Assembly: GCA_963793305.1 (NCBI GenBank)
Contig: CAWBZV010000005.1
Coordinates: 928,001 to 992,000, forward strand
Reading direction: 5' to 3'
Length of the DNA: 64,000 nucleotides
Origin: an uncultured Gemmatimonadales bacterium
GTDB taxonomy: Bacteria; Gemmatimonadota; Gemmatimonadetes; Gemmatimonadales; Gemmatimonadaceae
The position numbers and the translations under genes are program-made. Within the stretch, counting starts at the first letter, position 1. Every line of letters starts with the position of its first letter. Positions 38,211 through 48,420 of this stretch are shown here, one piece after another. The notes under the pieces were generated by a model. It saw only the letters and a list, made by a program, of their open reading frames with translations, did not search any database and was not told the origin of the DNA.

Positions 38211-39649
38211 GTATGGCTCCACGACGAAACAATACCGGCTGCCAGTGTGATCGTGGTGCCGATCAACACGTACCACGGCCACGCGATGTGCCGTGCTACC
38301 GGCGGATAGAACACGACGACCGCCATCGTGACAAGCCCGACCGCCATCCCGATAATCGCATCCCGCTGTTTCGCCCGCGTCCAAACGAGCGCCAGAAAAA
38401 ATGCTCCCAGGAGGGCGCCGTACGTGAAGCTGGCTATACTGAGGGCGACGGCTACCACCGGCGTCCCTTGAGCGCGATACAGCAGCGCGCCACCGGTGAG
38501 CACGACGCCCCAGGCAAGAGTGAACAGTCTCGCCATCTTGAGCACGTGGGGATCTTCTGGCTTCCGCCCCGACATGGGCAGGTAGATGTCGTGCGTCGTC
38601 GACGCGGCCAACGAATTAATGGCCCCGGAATGCGTGCTCATAGTCGCTGCCAATATCGCGGCGACGACAAGTCCGACCAGTCCGGGTGGCATGTGCTGCA
38701 GGATGAACGTCGGGAAGACGTCATCGGGCCGATGGAACACGCGCCCCTGATATACCGCGTAGAGCCCGGTCCCGATGATCAGAAACAGCGTGAATTGCAC
38801 CAGCACGACGAACCCGCTCCCGATGAGCGCTCTCCGTGCATCCCGCAGCGACGAAGCGGCCAGAAGCCTTTGCACGATGAGCTGGTCGGCCCCATGGGAC
38901 GCCATGGTCAAGAACGCCCCGCCGAACAGCCCAGCCCACAGCGTATATGGCTGCGCGAGATCCATGGACGTATTGATGACCCGCAGCTTTCCCGCCGCGG
39001 CCGCGTGGGCGAAGATGGTCGACCAGTTGCCGATGAGCATGACGGCCGCGATGCCACCGATCAAATACACGCTCGTCTGTATGACGTCCGTCCAGATGAC
39101 CGCGCGCATGCCACCCTGGTACGTGTAAAACACCGTCAATGCGCCGAGGATGAGAATGGCGATCGGCATGACGAGCGCCGGGCGCAGTGTCGTGGCGAGG
39201 ATGAGCGAGATAGGGATGGCGGTCGCGAAGACCCGTACCGAGTCAGCCAGCCCGCGGGTGACCATGAAAACGACCGATGCGAATCGCCGCGCCCCGAGGC
39301 CGAATCGGCGTTCGAGCAGCGCGTACGCGGTGACCAGCTCCCCCTGGAAGTAGCGCGGCAAGAGCGTGTAGGCGACGATCGTCCGGCCGATGACGTAGCC
39401 AAACGCCAGCTGCAAGAACGAGAAGTCACCGAGATACGCGACGCTGGGGATGGAAATGAACGTGATGGCGCTGGTCTCGGTGGCGACGACCGAGATGAGC
39501 ACAGCCCACCACGGAATGGCGTGATTGGCGACGAAGTAATCTCGGGAATCTTTCTGGCGCCGGCCGAGCCAGAGCCCGACGGCCGTCGTGCCCGCCAGGT
39601 AGGCGAGCAGGACGGCCAGGTCGGCGGGAGTGAACGCCGAGCGGACTAT
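38207..39649 (-). CDS. sodium:solute symporter
   Basis: DYFVANHAIPWWAV, ATETSAITF, GGMRAVIWTD, DQLIVQR; homology extends upstream of the tracked start (39502) to an ATA at 39649. Confidence 0.88.
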   Translation of the reverse strand: MVRSAFTPADLAVLLAYLAGTTAVGLWLGRRQKDSRDYFVANHAIPWWAVLISVVATETSAITFISIPSVAYLGDFSFLQLAFGYVIGRTIVAYTLLPRYFQGELVTAYALLERRFGLGARRFASVVFMVTRGLADSVRVFATAIPISLILATTLRPALVMPIAILILGALTVFYTYQGGMRAVIWTDVIQTSVYLIGGIAAVMLIGNWSTIFAHAAAAGKLRVINTSMDLAQPYTLWAGLFGGAFLTMASHGADQLIVQRLLAASSLRDARRALIGSGFVVLVQFTLFLIIGTGLYAVYQGRVFHRPDDVFPTFILQHMPPGLVGLVVAAILAATMSTHSGAINSLAASTTHDIYLPMSGRKPEDPHVLKMARLFTLAWGVVLTGGALLYRAQGTPVVAVALSIASFTYGALLGAFFLALVWTRAKQRDAIIGMAVGLVTMAVVVFYPPVARHIAWPWYVLIGTTITLAAGIVSSWSHT

Positions 39650-40002
39650 GCGGAGAAGGAGCTACCGCAGCCGCAGCCGCCGGTCGAGTTCGGATTCTTG
39701 AAGACGAACCCCGAACCTTGCATGGACGTCGTATAGTCGATCGTCACATTTTGCAGGTACTGCGCGGAGAACGGATCGACAAACACCCTGAAGCCGTCGG
39801 CCTCGACGATGAAGTCATCCTCGGCGCTCTGATCCTCGATCAGCAACCCATACTTGAAGCCGCTGCAGCCGCCGGGTTGGACGCTGACCCGAAGTCCACC
39901 GACCTCAGGCGCCACGCCCTCGGTCTCCATGAACTTCTTGACCTCGGCGCAGGCCACCGGCGTGACAGCGAGCGCGACATCGGGCTGTTGCGTTGTGCTC
40001 AT
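39646..40002 (-). CDS. A-type Fe-S carrier (IscA/ErpA/HesB)
   Basis: GGCSGFKY, NPNSTGGCGCGSSF. Confidence 0.95.
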   Translation of the reverse strand: MSTTQQPDVALAVTPVACAEVKKFMETEGVAPEVGGLRVSVQPGGCSGFKYGLLIEDQSAEDDFIVEADGFRVFVDPFSAQYLQNVTIDYTTSMQGSGFVFKNPNSTGGCGCGSSFSA

Positions 40003-41735
40003 CCTTCACTCCTCCTCGTATCCTCTGAATATATCCGAAACGACCGTCCGATCCAAGCAAAAGCCACTATGGCCACAGCAATTAACCCCAACCCAGCCCC
40101 AGTTTCCTTGAAGACGAGCTTCCCAATGCCAAACAGGGTGGCGTACACTGCCACAATGCCGGCCACCCAATTCGCCCATGCAGGGCCCCATTGGGTGTCG
40201 TAGGGCCTCACGCGTTTGATAAAAGCATCGATCACCTGGGCCGGTTCCTTGGGCGTCAGCAGGGTTACCGAGAGCCAGATGACCGTCGTCGCCCCGACAG
40301 TCACAATCATGACCCAGGCGTCGGCATTGGGGTCCCCGGGCGCGAACCTCGGGAAGATCGTCTGCATGGCGATAGTCGAAATAACCAGCGACCCGATCAT
40401 CGCACTGAGCTCAGACCAAGCATTAATCCTCATCCAGTACCACCGAAGAATGAGCACCAACCCGGTGCCGGCCCCTATCGCCAATAGGTACTTCTGCACC
40501 CGCTCGATCGATCCGAGCTGAGTCGTGACGGCGATCGCGACGGCAAATAACCCGATAGTCGCCAGGCGAGAAGCGGCCACGTAATGCTTGTCGCTGGCGT
40601 CGCGACGAATAAACCGCTTGTAAAAATCGTTGACGAGGTACGACGCCCCCCAGTTCAACTGGGTCCCGATCGTCGACATATACGCCGCGGCAAACCCGGC
40701 CATCATGACTCCGCGCCAGGGCGTTGGCAGCAGATCGACGTACGCGTGCACGTACCCGGATTCTTTGTCGACCAGGTTGGGATACAAAATGACCGTGGCG
40801 AGCCCGGTCACGATCCAGGGCCATGGTCGCAGCGCATAATGCGCAACCTGAAAGAGCAGGGTGGCGAGCACCCCATCGCGCTCGGTCTTGGCCGCGAAGA
40901 TGCGCTGCGCAACGTATCCACCGCCCCCCGGCTCGGCGCCGGGATACCACGATGCCCACCATTGCACGGCGATGAACACGCTGATGGTGAGCAATGGCAT
41001 CCAGGCATAGGCCTGGAAGCCATGAGGACCGTGAGCGATTGGCAGCACGGACAACGCGGCCGTCTCGCTCCCGAAATGCGCGGTCACGCCCGCCTTGAGC
41101 TTGTCGATGCCGCCCACGGCGTGCACCGCATACACGGCGAGCACAATGACCGCGCCCATCTTGATGATGAACTGCACGAGATCGGTCCACAGCACGGCCC
41201 ACAGTCCGCCCGCGGCGGCATACAGCACCGTCGCGGCAAAGCAGATGGCCACGGCCGTGATCGGATTGATGCCAAGCGAGATCGTCAGAATCTTGATCAT
41301 GGCGCGGGTGACCCAGCCCATGATCAGCACGTTCATGAGCAGTCCGAGATACAGCGCTCGAAATCCGCGCAGCACCGCGGCCGGCTTGCCCGAGTAGCGA
41401 ATCTCGGCGAACTCGACGTCGGTCATCACGCCGGAACGGCGCCAGAGCCGCGCGAAGAAGAACACGGTCAGCATGCCGCTCATGACCATGTTCCACCAGA
41501 GCCAGTTGCCGGCCACGCCGTGATTCGCGACCAGCCCGGTGACGAGCAGGGGAGTGTCAGCCGCGAACGTGGTTGCGACCATAGAGGTCCCCGCGAGCCA
41601 CCACGGGACGTCCCGGCCCGACAGGAAGTACTCGTTCAGGCTCTCGCCGCCGCGCTTCGTAAAGACGAGGCCCACGATCGTCGAGAACGCGAAGTACGCG
41701 GCGACGATGGCCCAGTCCAAAGCGTGTAGATTCAT
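39999..41735 (-). CDS. sodium:solute symporter
   Basis: YFLSGRDVPWWLAGTSMVATTFAADTPL, GGYVAQR, AAYMST. Confidence 0.92.
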   Translation of the reverse strand: MNLHALDWAIVAAYFAFSTIVGLVFTKRGGESLNEYFLSGRDVPWWLAGTSMVATTFAADTPLLVTGLVANHGVAGNWLWWNMVMSGMLTVFFFARLWRRSGVMTDVEFAEIRYSGKPAAVLRGFRALYLGLLMNVLIMGWVTRAMIKILTISLGINPITAVAICFAATVLYAAAGGLWAVLWTDLVQFIIKMGAVIVLAVYAVHAVGGIDKLKAGVTAHFGSETAALSVLPIAHGPHGFQAYAWMPLLTISVFIAVQWWASWYPGAEPGGGGYVAQRIFAAKTERDGVLATLLFQVAHYALRPWPWIVTGLATVILYPNLVDKESGYVHAYVDLLPTPWRGVMMAGFAAAYMSTIGTQLNWGASYLVNDFYKRFIRRDASDKHYVAASRLATIGLFAVAIAVTTQLGSIERVQKYLLAIGAGTGLVLILRWYWMRINAWSELSAMIGSLVISTIAMQTIFPRFAPGDPNADAWVMIVTVGATTVIWLSVTLLTPKEPAQVIDAFIKRVRPYDTQWGPAWANWVAGIVAVYATLFGIGKLVFKETGAGLGLIAVAIVAFAWIGRSFRIYSEDTRRSEG

Positions 41736-41741
41736 GCCCGA

Positions 41742-42995
41742 ATGACGACCAAGGCGGGGAGGGCGATATTAGCCATCGTGATGGCCGCATGCATTGGCCA
41801 TGGCCCGGGGGAAGACCCACCTCCTGCCCGTCATGGCTCTCGCGTGCGGCCGGGGATTACCGTGCTGCTGCAGGATAGCATGGCGCTCGTCCGTGGCAAG
41901 CGCATCGCGCTGATCACGAACCAGACCGGCGTCAACGAGCATGGCGTATCGGACATCGATCTCCTGGCCCACGCTGATCTCCATCTCGTCCGCATTTTCT
42001 CCCCGGAGCATGGGCTCCGTGGACGGGAAGACCGTCCGTTTGTAGGCAACGCCATTGATTCCCTGACGGGTCTCCCGGTTTACTCGCTCTACGGGAAAAC
42101 GATCCTCGCTCCCCCGGATTCGCTCCTCGCCGATCTCGACTTCCTCGTCTTCGACCTCCAGGACGTCGGCGTCCGCACGTGGACCTATGTCGGCACTCTG
42201 ATCAAAGCCCTCCGGTCCTCCGCTCGCTTGCACGTACCCGTAATCGTTCTCGACCGACCCAATCCCCTGACGGGCACACACGTCCAGGGACCCATCCTGG
42301 ATAGCGCGATCGCCGACACGGCGGCCCCTTTTGCGCTCTACCCAATGCCTCTCAGGCACGGCCTGACAATGGGCGAGCTGGCCCGTTTTTATAACGACAC
42401 GTTGGCCCTCCACGCTGCGCTCCACGTAATCCCAGTCCGTGGCTGGCGCCGCGATCTGTGGGGAGACGAAACCCATCTCCCCTGGGTCCCGCCGTCCCCC
42501 AATCTCCCGTCGTTCGCCAGCGAAATCATCTACCCGGCGCTCGTCCCGTTCGAGAGCACGAACCTTTCCGTTGGGCGAGGAACACCGCTGGCGTTCCAGC
42601 AATTCGGCGCCCCATGGCTCGATGCGGCGGCCGTGGCGAGCCAACTCGCGAGCCTCGGCCTGACGGGAGTGCGGTTTCGTCCGACCGAGTTCACGCCAGA
42701 CCACCCGACCGATGGCAAGTACGCGGGTCGCCGCCTGTACGCCATTCGCATCGACGTTACGGATCGCGATCGTCTGGATGTCGGGCGACTGGGCGCGGCA
42801 CTGTTGTGGGCGGTAGCCAAGGTGAACCGGGACTCACTCCGCGTCGACACGCTGGGCTTCGACCTGAGATTTGGCAGCGGGGCGCTCCGGGCGAATCTCA
42901 TGCAGGGCGCCGATCCGGACGCGGTGCTGGATAAGACGATCCCCACCGACTTAGCGTTCGAGCGCCGTTCCCGGCGCTTCTGGTTGTATCATTAG
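41742..42995 (+). CDS. namZ: exo-beta-N-acetylmuramidase (DUF1343)
   Basis: LITNQTG, FSPEHG, FDLQDVGVR, VLDRPNP, RHGLTMGELA, PSPNLP; start uncertain. Confidence 0.9.
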   Translation: MTTKAGRAILAIVMAACIGHGPGEDPPPARHGSRVRPGITVLLQDSMALVRGKRIALITNQTGVNEHGVSDIDLLAHADLHLVRIFSPEHGLRGREDRPFVGNAIDSLTGLPVYSLYGKTILAPPDSLLADLDFLVFDLQDVGVRTWTYVGTLIKALRSSARLHVPVIVLDRPNPLTGTHVQGPILDSAIADTAAPFALYPMPLRHGLTMGELARFYNDTLALHAALHVIPVRGWRRDLWGDETHLPWVPPSPNLPSFASEIIYPALVPFESTNLSVGRGTPLAFQQFGAPWLDAAAVASQLASLGLTGVRFRPTEFTPDHPTDGKYAGRRLYAIRIDVTDRDRLDVGRLGAALLWAVAKVNRDSLRVDTLGFDLRFGSGALRANLMQGADPDAVLDKTIPTDLAFERRSRRFWLYH

Positions 42996-43024
42996 TCTCC
43001 CACTATTCGAGAGGACTCAGGAAC

Positions 43025-43357
43025 ATGCGCAAAGCTCTCGCCATATTGGCGCTAGTCGCCGTGGCGGCGTGCCATCGGAAAGTCGACACGACCAGCGCCC
43101 CGGCGCAGCCGACGGGACCGACGTATACGCTGACCGTGACCAACAATCTGACGAAAGCCGTGAACGTCTTCGTCACCAACGCTGGCGTCGACACATTCCT
43201 GAGCCAGGTCCAGGGCACGAGCACGGCGCAGGTGCCGGTGAAGGGCATTCCGGCGAACGCACAGGTCACGCTCAAGGCCACGACGTCCGACGGCTCGAGC
43301 ACCTACTCGAAGGCGAACGTGAACCTCACCAACAACTACACGTGGGTCCTGCCGTGA
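43025..43357 (+). CDS. hypothetical lipoprotein
   Basis: VAAC lipobox; AGGA RBS. Confidence 0.75.
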   Translation: MRKALAILALVAVAACHRKVDTTSAPAQPTGPTYTLTVTNNLTKAVNVFVTNAGVDTFLSQVQGTSTAQVPVKGIPANAQVTLKATTSDGSSTYSKANVNLTNNYTWVLP

Positions 43358-43382
43358 GTTAATTTTTTCGAGGGGCTCCAGC

Positions 43383-44099
43383 ATGAAACGTTTGTGGACC
43401 GCCATCAAGGCCGGGTACGTACGACTGCTGGAGCCGCTCGCGGCGTTTCTGGTCCGACATGACGTCCACCCCAACCTCATCACGACGCTTGGCACGGTCT
43501 GCTCCATCATCGGCGGCTGCATCTACGGCTCGGGGCACATCCGCACCGGTGGTTGGTTCCTCGGCGTGACCGCGCTCTTCGACGTGCTCGACGGGACAGT
43601 CGCCCGTCGGACTGGACGCACCTCGGCATTTGGCGCCTTCTACGATTCGACCCTCGACCGTATCGCCGACGGCGCCGTGATGTCGGGCCTCGCCTTCTTC
43701 TACGCGACCAGCAAGCAACACGGCAACGTCCCCATGATTGCCGTCTGCCTCGTTGGCTTGCTCGGCGGCTTCCTGGTCTCCTACACGCGCGCGCGCGCCG
43801 AGGCGCTGGGCGTGGACGCGAAAGTGGGCTTCATGCAACGCCCCGAGCGCGTCGTTCTGCTCTCGGCCCCCCAAGCCTTTTTCGGGCTCGCGCTCGATGG
43901 CTGGGTCCTCGCCGCCATTATCGTGTCTCTCACCGTCACCTCGTGGGCTACTGCCATTCAACGCATTGTTGCCGTGTATCACGCGACTGTTAAGTCGTCG
44001 AACAATTCGTCGAACTCCGCGAGCGATACCGTGAAGCCGATTTCGACCACCCCAACATCCGCCGAGCCGCCGAAGGCGGCGACGGCGGTCAACGTATGA
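43383..44099 (+). CDS. CDP-alcohol phosphatidyltransferase (PIP synthase-like)
   Basis: HPNLIT, DVLDGTVARRTGRTSAFGAFYDSTLDR, SYTRARAE. Confidence 0.9.
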   Translation: MKRLWTAIKAGYVRLLEPLAAFLVRHDVHPNLITTLGTVCSIIGGCIYGSGHIRTGGWFLGVTALFDVLDGTVARRTGRTSAFGAFYDSTLDRIADGAVMSGLAFFYATSKQHGNVPMIAVCLVGLLGGFLVSYTRARAEALGVDAKVGFMQRPERVVLLSAPQAFFGLALDGWVLAAIIVSLTVTSWATAIQRIVAVYHATVKSSNNSSNSASDTVKPISTTPTSAEPPKAATAVNV

Positions 44100-45403
44100 C
44101 GAGCCCAGTCCGCCCGGTGACGGGCAAACTCGGTGTGCTGACCGTCGGGCTCGGCGCCGTGGCGACGACGTTCATGGCCGGCGTGGAGAGCATTCGCCGC
44201 GGCAAGAGCCTGCCGATTGGCTCGCTCACGCAGATGGCGACGATCCGCCTGGGCAAGCGCACAGAGAACCGCTCGCCGCTGATCAAAGACTTCGTCCCGC
44301 TCGCGGGCCTCGATGATTTGGTCTTTGGCGCCTGGGACCCGATCCCGGATGACGCCCATCAAGCGGCAATCAAAGCGGGCGTCTTGACGCCGGCCGATCT
44401 GGCCGGCGTGTCCGATTTCCTGCAGTCCATCGCGCCGATGCCGGCCGCGTTCGACCAGCACTACGTCACGCGAATCAACGGCACGCACGTCAAAAAGGGC
44501 AAGACGAAGCGCGACCTGGCCGAGCAAATCCGCCAGGACATTCGCGATTTCAAGTCGCGCCACCGCCTGGACCGCGTCGTGATGGTCTGGTGCGCCTCGA
44601 CCGAGATCTACATCAAGGCCGGCGCCGCCCACGCCACCCTCGAGCAGTTCGAGAAGGCGATGGAGCGAAACGACGAGAGCATCGCGCCCTCGATGCTCTA
44701 CGCCTACGCGGCGTTGATGGAAGGCGTGGCGTTCGCCAACGGCGCGCCGAACCTGACGGTCGACATGCCGTGCTTGATTCGCCTGGCGAACGAGCGCGGC
44801 GTGCCGATCTCCGGCAAAGACTTCAAGACCGGCCAGACCTGGATGAAGACGGTCATCGCCCCGGGACTCAAAGCCCGGATGCTCGGTCTCGCCGGCTGGT
44901 ACTCGACGAATATCCTCGGCAATCGCGACGGCGAAGTCCTCGACGATCCCGCGTCGTTCAAGACCAAGGAAGAGTCGAAGCTGAGCGTGCTGCACACGAT
45001 TTTGCAGCCCGATATCTACCCCGCGCTCTACAAAGATTTCAGCCACGTCGTGCGCATCAACTACTATCCGCCGCGCGGCGATAACAAAGAGGGCTGGGAC
45101 AACATTGATATCGTCGGGTGGATGGGCTACCCGATGCAAATCAAAGTGAATTTCCTGTGTCGCGACTCGATCCTCGCGGCGCCGCTCGTACTCGACCTGG
45201 CGCTGTTCTCCGATTTCGCCCAACGCGCCTGCCTGAAGGGCATTCAAGAATGGCTCTCGTTCTACTACAAGAGCCCGATGGCCGCGCCGGGCCTGCAGCC
45301 CGAGCACGATCTCTTCATCCAACAGACGAAGCTCAAGAACACGCTTCGCCACTTGATGGGTGAAGAGCAGATCACGCACTTGGGCTTGGAGTACTACGCG
45401 TGA
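44096..45403 (+). CDS. ino1: inositol-3-phosphate synthase
   Basis: GLGAVATT, GKDFKTGQT, NILGNRDG, DNKE, DSILAAPL, SFYYKSP. Confidence 0.93.
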   Translation: MTSPVRPVTGKLGVLTVGLGAVATTFMAGVESIRRGKSLPIGSLTQMATIRLGKRTENRSPLIKDFVPLAGLDDLVFGAWDPIPDDAHQAAIKAGVLTPADLAGVSDFLQSIAPMPAAFDQHYVTRINGTHVKKGKTKRDLAEQIRQDIRDFKSRHRLDRVVMVWCASTEIYIKAGAAHATLEQFEKAMERNDESIAPSMLYAYAALMEGVAFANGAPNLTVDMPCLIRLANERGVPISGKDFKTGQTWMKTVIAPGLKARMLGLAGWYSTNILGNRDGEVLDDPASFKTKEESKLSVLHTILQPDIYPALYKDFSHVVRINYYPPRGDNKEGWDNIDIVGWMGYPMQIKVNFLCRDSILAAPLVLDLALFSDFAQRACLKGIQEWLSFYYKSPMAAPGLQPEHDLFIQQTKLKNTLRHLMGEEQITHLGLEYYA

Positions 45404-45810
45404 AATGGATCGTCGCCGGCCTCGCCCTCTTGGCCTGCAGTCCCCAAGGGCCGCCGCCGCACCGCGAATGGACCGACGATATGGCGTTCATTATTACATC
45501 GGACCCGGTGCCGCCCCACGCGCGACAGGACGTGAAGTTCACGGTGATCGCGCGCGACAAGTCCTCGGGCCAGCCGATCGAGGGCGCGGACGGCCGTATT
45601 TACGCCGAGGTGCGCGAAGGCGCGAAGACGTGGGACGGGCTCGTGCCCGGCACGAAGCCGGGGACGTACACGGGGAAACTCAATTTCGTGGTATCGGGCA
45701 ACTGGGCGATGGGCCTGCAATTTCGCCGCGATACCACGACCAACAAGATCGAGAAAATGGACTGGACTCAAGAAGTGCTCTCGGCGTCCGACACGAACCA
45801 GGTGCGCTGA
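45400..45810 (+). CDS. hypothetical lipoprotein (YtkA/FixH-like Ig fold)
   Basis: LLAC lipobox, PGTYTG, GNW. Confidence 0.7.
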   Translation: MKWIVAGLALLACSPQGPPPHREWTDDMAFIITSDPVPPHARQDVKFTVIARDKSSGQPIEGADGRIYAEVREGAKTWDGLVPGTKPGTYTGKLNFVVSGNWAMGLQFRRDTTTNKIEKMDWTQEVLSASDTNQVR

Positions 45811-45811
45811 C

Positions 45812-46117
45812 GTGCTCCTCTTCTATCGCACGTCGCTCGATGCGGCCGACGTCCTCGCGGCCGCCGACGCCTTCTTCCCGGCGCCGCCACTCAGCCTCGT
45901 CCCCACGAAGGACGGCGGCGGCCCGCGTGAGCGCTCGTACGCCGGCGCGCTCGGCGCCGCGAAAGTGCGCGTCCGCGCCGAGGGCGGGCACTACACGTTC
46001 GTCGAGGTGCGCACTGATCAGATCGGCGAGAGTCGGCTCGACAAGAACGTCAAGCGATTCTTCGTCTCGCTCCATCGCGTGACGGAGCCGACGCACACGA
46101 TCGAGGCCGCGTACTGA
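45812..46117 (+). CDS. hypothetical protein
   Basis: Operon position, GC3-rich codons. Confidence 0.7.
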   Translation: MLLFYRTSLDAADVLAAADAFFPAPPLSLVPTKDGGGPRERSYAGALGAAKVRVRAEGGHYTFVEVRTDQIGESRLDKNVKRFFVSLHRVTEPTHTIEAAY

Positions 46118-47214
46118 TGGCGACTGCTGTTCGTCGTAAGGCCGCTGAGTCTGCCGAGCTCGATCGTGCCCAAAAGCTCGAGCTCTATTACTACATGCGC
46201 CTCACGAGGTCGCTCGAAGAGCGCCTGGTGAACTTGTATCGCCAAACGAAAGTCGTAGGCGGCCTCTTTCGCTCCCTAGGCCAAGAAGCGGATGCCGTCG
46301 GCAGCGCGTATGCGCTCGATCGCTCAAAGGGCGACATTCTTTCGCCGCTGATCCGCAATCTCGGCTCGATGCTGGTGCAGGGAGCCAATCCCCTGGAAAT
46401 CATCCGCCAATACATGGCGAAGGGTGACTCCCCGACGCGCGGCCGCGAGCTGAATATCCATTATGGGGATCTGGTGAGAGGGTTCGTGGGCCAGATCTCC
46501 CAGCTGGGCGACATGGTCCCCGTGATGGCAGGCGTCACGCTCTCATTCAAGATGCGCGGCCAAGACCGCGTGGGCCTGGTCTACGTAGGCGACGGTGCAA
46601 CGTCGACGGGTGCGTTCCACGAGGGAATCAATTTCGCCGCGGTACAGCAATGCCCGTTGGTCGTGATCGTCGAGAACAACGGCTATGCCTACTCGACGCC
46701 ACTTTCCAAGCAGACCGCCGCGCGCGACCTGAAGGACAAGGCGATCGGCTACGGCATCCCGGGCGAGCAAGCCGACGGCAACGATGTCCTCGCGACGTAC
46801 GCGATCACGAAGCGTGCGGTCGACCGGGCTCGCAAGGGCGGCGGACCCACACTGATCGAGCTGATCACGTACCGTCGCAAGGGCCACGCCGAACATGACA
46901 ATCAGTCCTATGTCCCTGATGGCGAAATCGAACGGTGGCAAAAAGAAAATGATCCAATCGATCGCTACATCGCCGTACTGAATGCCGATGGCGTTACGAG
47001 CGCGGAGCTCGGCGCGATCGATGATCGCATTCGCACCGAGATCGATGCGGCGACGGATGAAGCCGAGAAGTCGCCCATGCCGGAGCCGACCAATGCCTTG
47101 GTCGGCGTCTACGCCGAACCGTCGATCGTCCCGCCACTCTGGTTCCGCGAGGGCATTCGCTCGGCTGTGACGGCCCATGAACGTCCAGCTTCGTGGGGTA
47201 CGCACGATGGCTGA
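46117..47214 (+). CDS. 2-oxoacid dehydrogenase E1 alpha subunit
   Basis: GDGATSTG...NN TPP-binding motif, GQEA, YRRKGHAEHD. Confidence 0.93.
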   Translation: MATAVRRKAAESAELDRAQKLELYYYMRLTRSLEERLVNLYRQTKVVGGLFRSLGQEADAVGSAYALDRSKGDILSPLIRNLGSMLVQGANPLEIIRQYMAKGDSPTRGRELNIHYGDLVRGFVGQISQLGDMVPVMAGVTLSFKMRGQDRVGLVYVGDGATSTGAFHEGINFAAVQQCPLVVIVENNGYAYSTPLSKQTAARDLKDKAIGYGIPGEQADGNDVLATYAITKRAVDRARKGGGPTLIELITYRRKGHAEHDNQSYVPDGEIERWQKENDPIDRYIAVLNADGVTSAELGAIDDRIRTEIDAATDEAEKSPMPEPTNALVGVYAEPSIVPPLWFREGIRSAVTAHERPASWGTHDG

Positions 47215-48184
47215 GACGACATATCTGGAAGCGATTCGCGAGGCGCTGTTCGAAGAGATGGACCGCGACCCGAACGTGTTCTGCTTAGGCGAAGATATCG
47301 GCGCCTACGGCGGAGCATTCAAGGTCACGGAGGGGCTTGCCGCGCGCTTTGGCGATGCCCGCGTTATCGACACGCCGATATCTGAAGCGGCCATCGTCGG
47401 CGCCGCCGCCGGTGCGGCACACATGGGCATGCGCCCGGTGTGCGAGATGCAATTCATCGATTTCATCTCGTGCGGCTACGACATGCTGACCAACTATGTC
47501 GCCACGGCCCGCTACCGCGCGATGCTCGGGTGCCCCATGGTGGTGCGCGGCCCGAGCGGCGGATACGTCCGCGGCGGTCCGTTCCACTCGCAGAATCCCG
47601 AAGCGGCGTTTCTGCACACGCCGGGCCTGAAAATTGTCTACCCGGCTACGGCGTCGGACGCCAAGGGTCTCTTGAAGTCCGCGATTCGCGACGACGACTG
47701 TGTGCTCTACTTCGAGCACAAGTATTTATATCGTCGCATCAAGGAAGAGCTACCGACCGGCGACCATCTGGTACCGATTGGCAAGGCGCGCGTCGCCCGT
47801 GAAGGGAAAGACGTGTCGATCATCACATACGCAGCGACAGTGTGGAAAGCCCTGGAAGCGGCCGACCAACTCCAAAAACAAGACGGCCTCTCCGTGGAAG
47901 TGATCGACCTCCGTACGCTCCTGCCGATGGACGACGACGCGATCGTCGCCACCGTGAAAAAAACAAATCGCGCGCTGATCGTGCACGAAGACACGCGAAC
48001 AGGTGGCGTCGCCGGCGAGATCACGTCCCGGATCAACGAGCTGGCATTCGAATGGCTCGATGCCCCGGTGCTGCGGATCACGGCGGCCGATGTCCCGCTG
48101 CCGTATTCGCCGCCGCTCGAGGACTACGTCCTGCCGCAGACGGCGGATATCATCGCTGGCGTCCGCCGCCTTGCCCAGTACTGA
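47207..48184 (+). CDS. 2-oxoacid dehydrogenase E1 beta subunit
   Basis: GEDIG, DTPISE, EMQFIDF, HSQ, EVIDLRTL. Confidence 0.94.
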   Translation: MAETTYLEAIREALFEEMDRDPNVFCLGEDIGAYGGAFKVTEGLAARFGDARVIDTPISEAAIVGAAAGAAHMGMRPVCEMQFIDFISCGYDMLTNYVATARYRAMLGCPMVVRGPSGGYVRGGPFHSQNPEAAFLHTPGLKIVYPATASDAKGLLKSAIRDDDCVLYFEHKYLYRRIKEELPTGDHLVPIGKARVAREGKDVSIITYAATVWKALEAADQLQKQDGLSVEVIDLRTLLPMDDDAIVATVKKTNRALIVHEDTRTGGVAGEITSRINELAFEWLDAPVLRITAADVPLPYSPPLEDYVLPQTADIIAGVRRLAQY

Positions 48185-48206
48185 TCCGGGCCGGCCGCCT
48201 CTGCTG

Positions 48207-48416
48207 GTGCTCGGATGTCTCATGACCGTCGCCGGGTTCTTCAGTATGGCAATGGTTGGCGTCCTCGTGGCGCGAGTGTACAGTTGGATAGAGAAGTGTC
48301 CGTATACGGAAGGACTGCCGGCGTGCCATTGGTGGATATTCGCCGGCGTCGGTGGGCTAGTCGGAGCAATCACCTTGCCGGTGCTCGTGCTGCGCCGGTT
48401 GAAGAAGCGAGGATAG
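48207..48416 (+). CDS. small 2-TM membrane protein
   Basis: Two hydrophobic helices flanking CPYTEGLPAC; start at 48207 or 48222. Confidence 0.6.
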   Translation: MLGCLMTVAGFFSMAMVGVLVARVYSWIEKCPYTEGLPACHWWIFAGVGGLVGAITLPVLVLRRLKKRG

Positions 48417-48420
48417 AACC

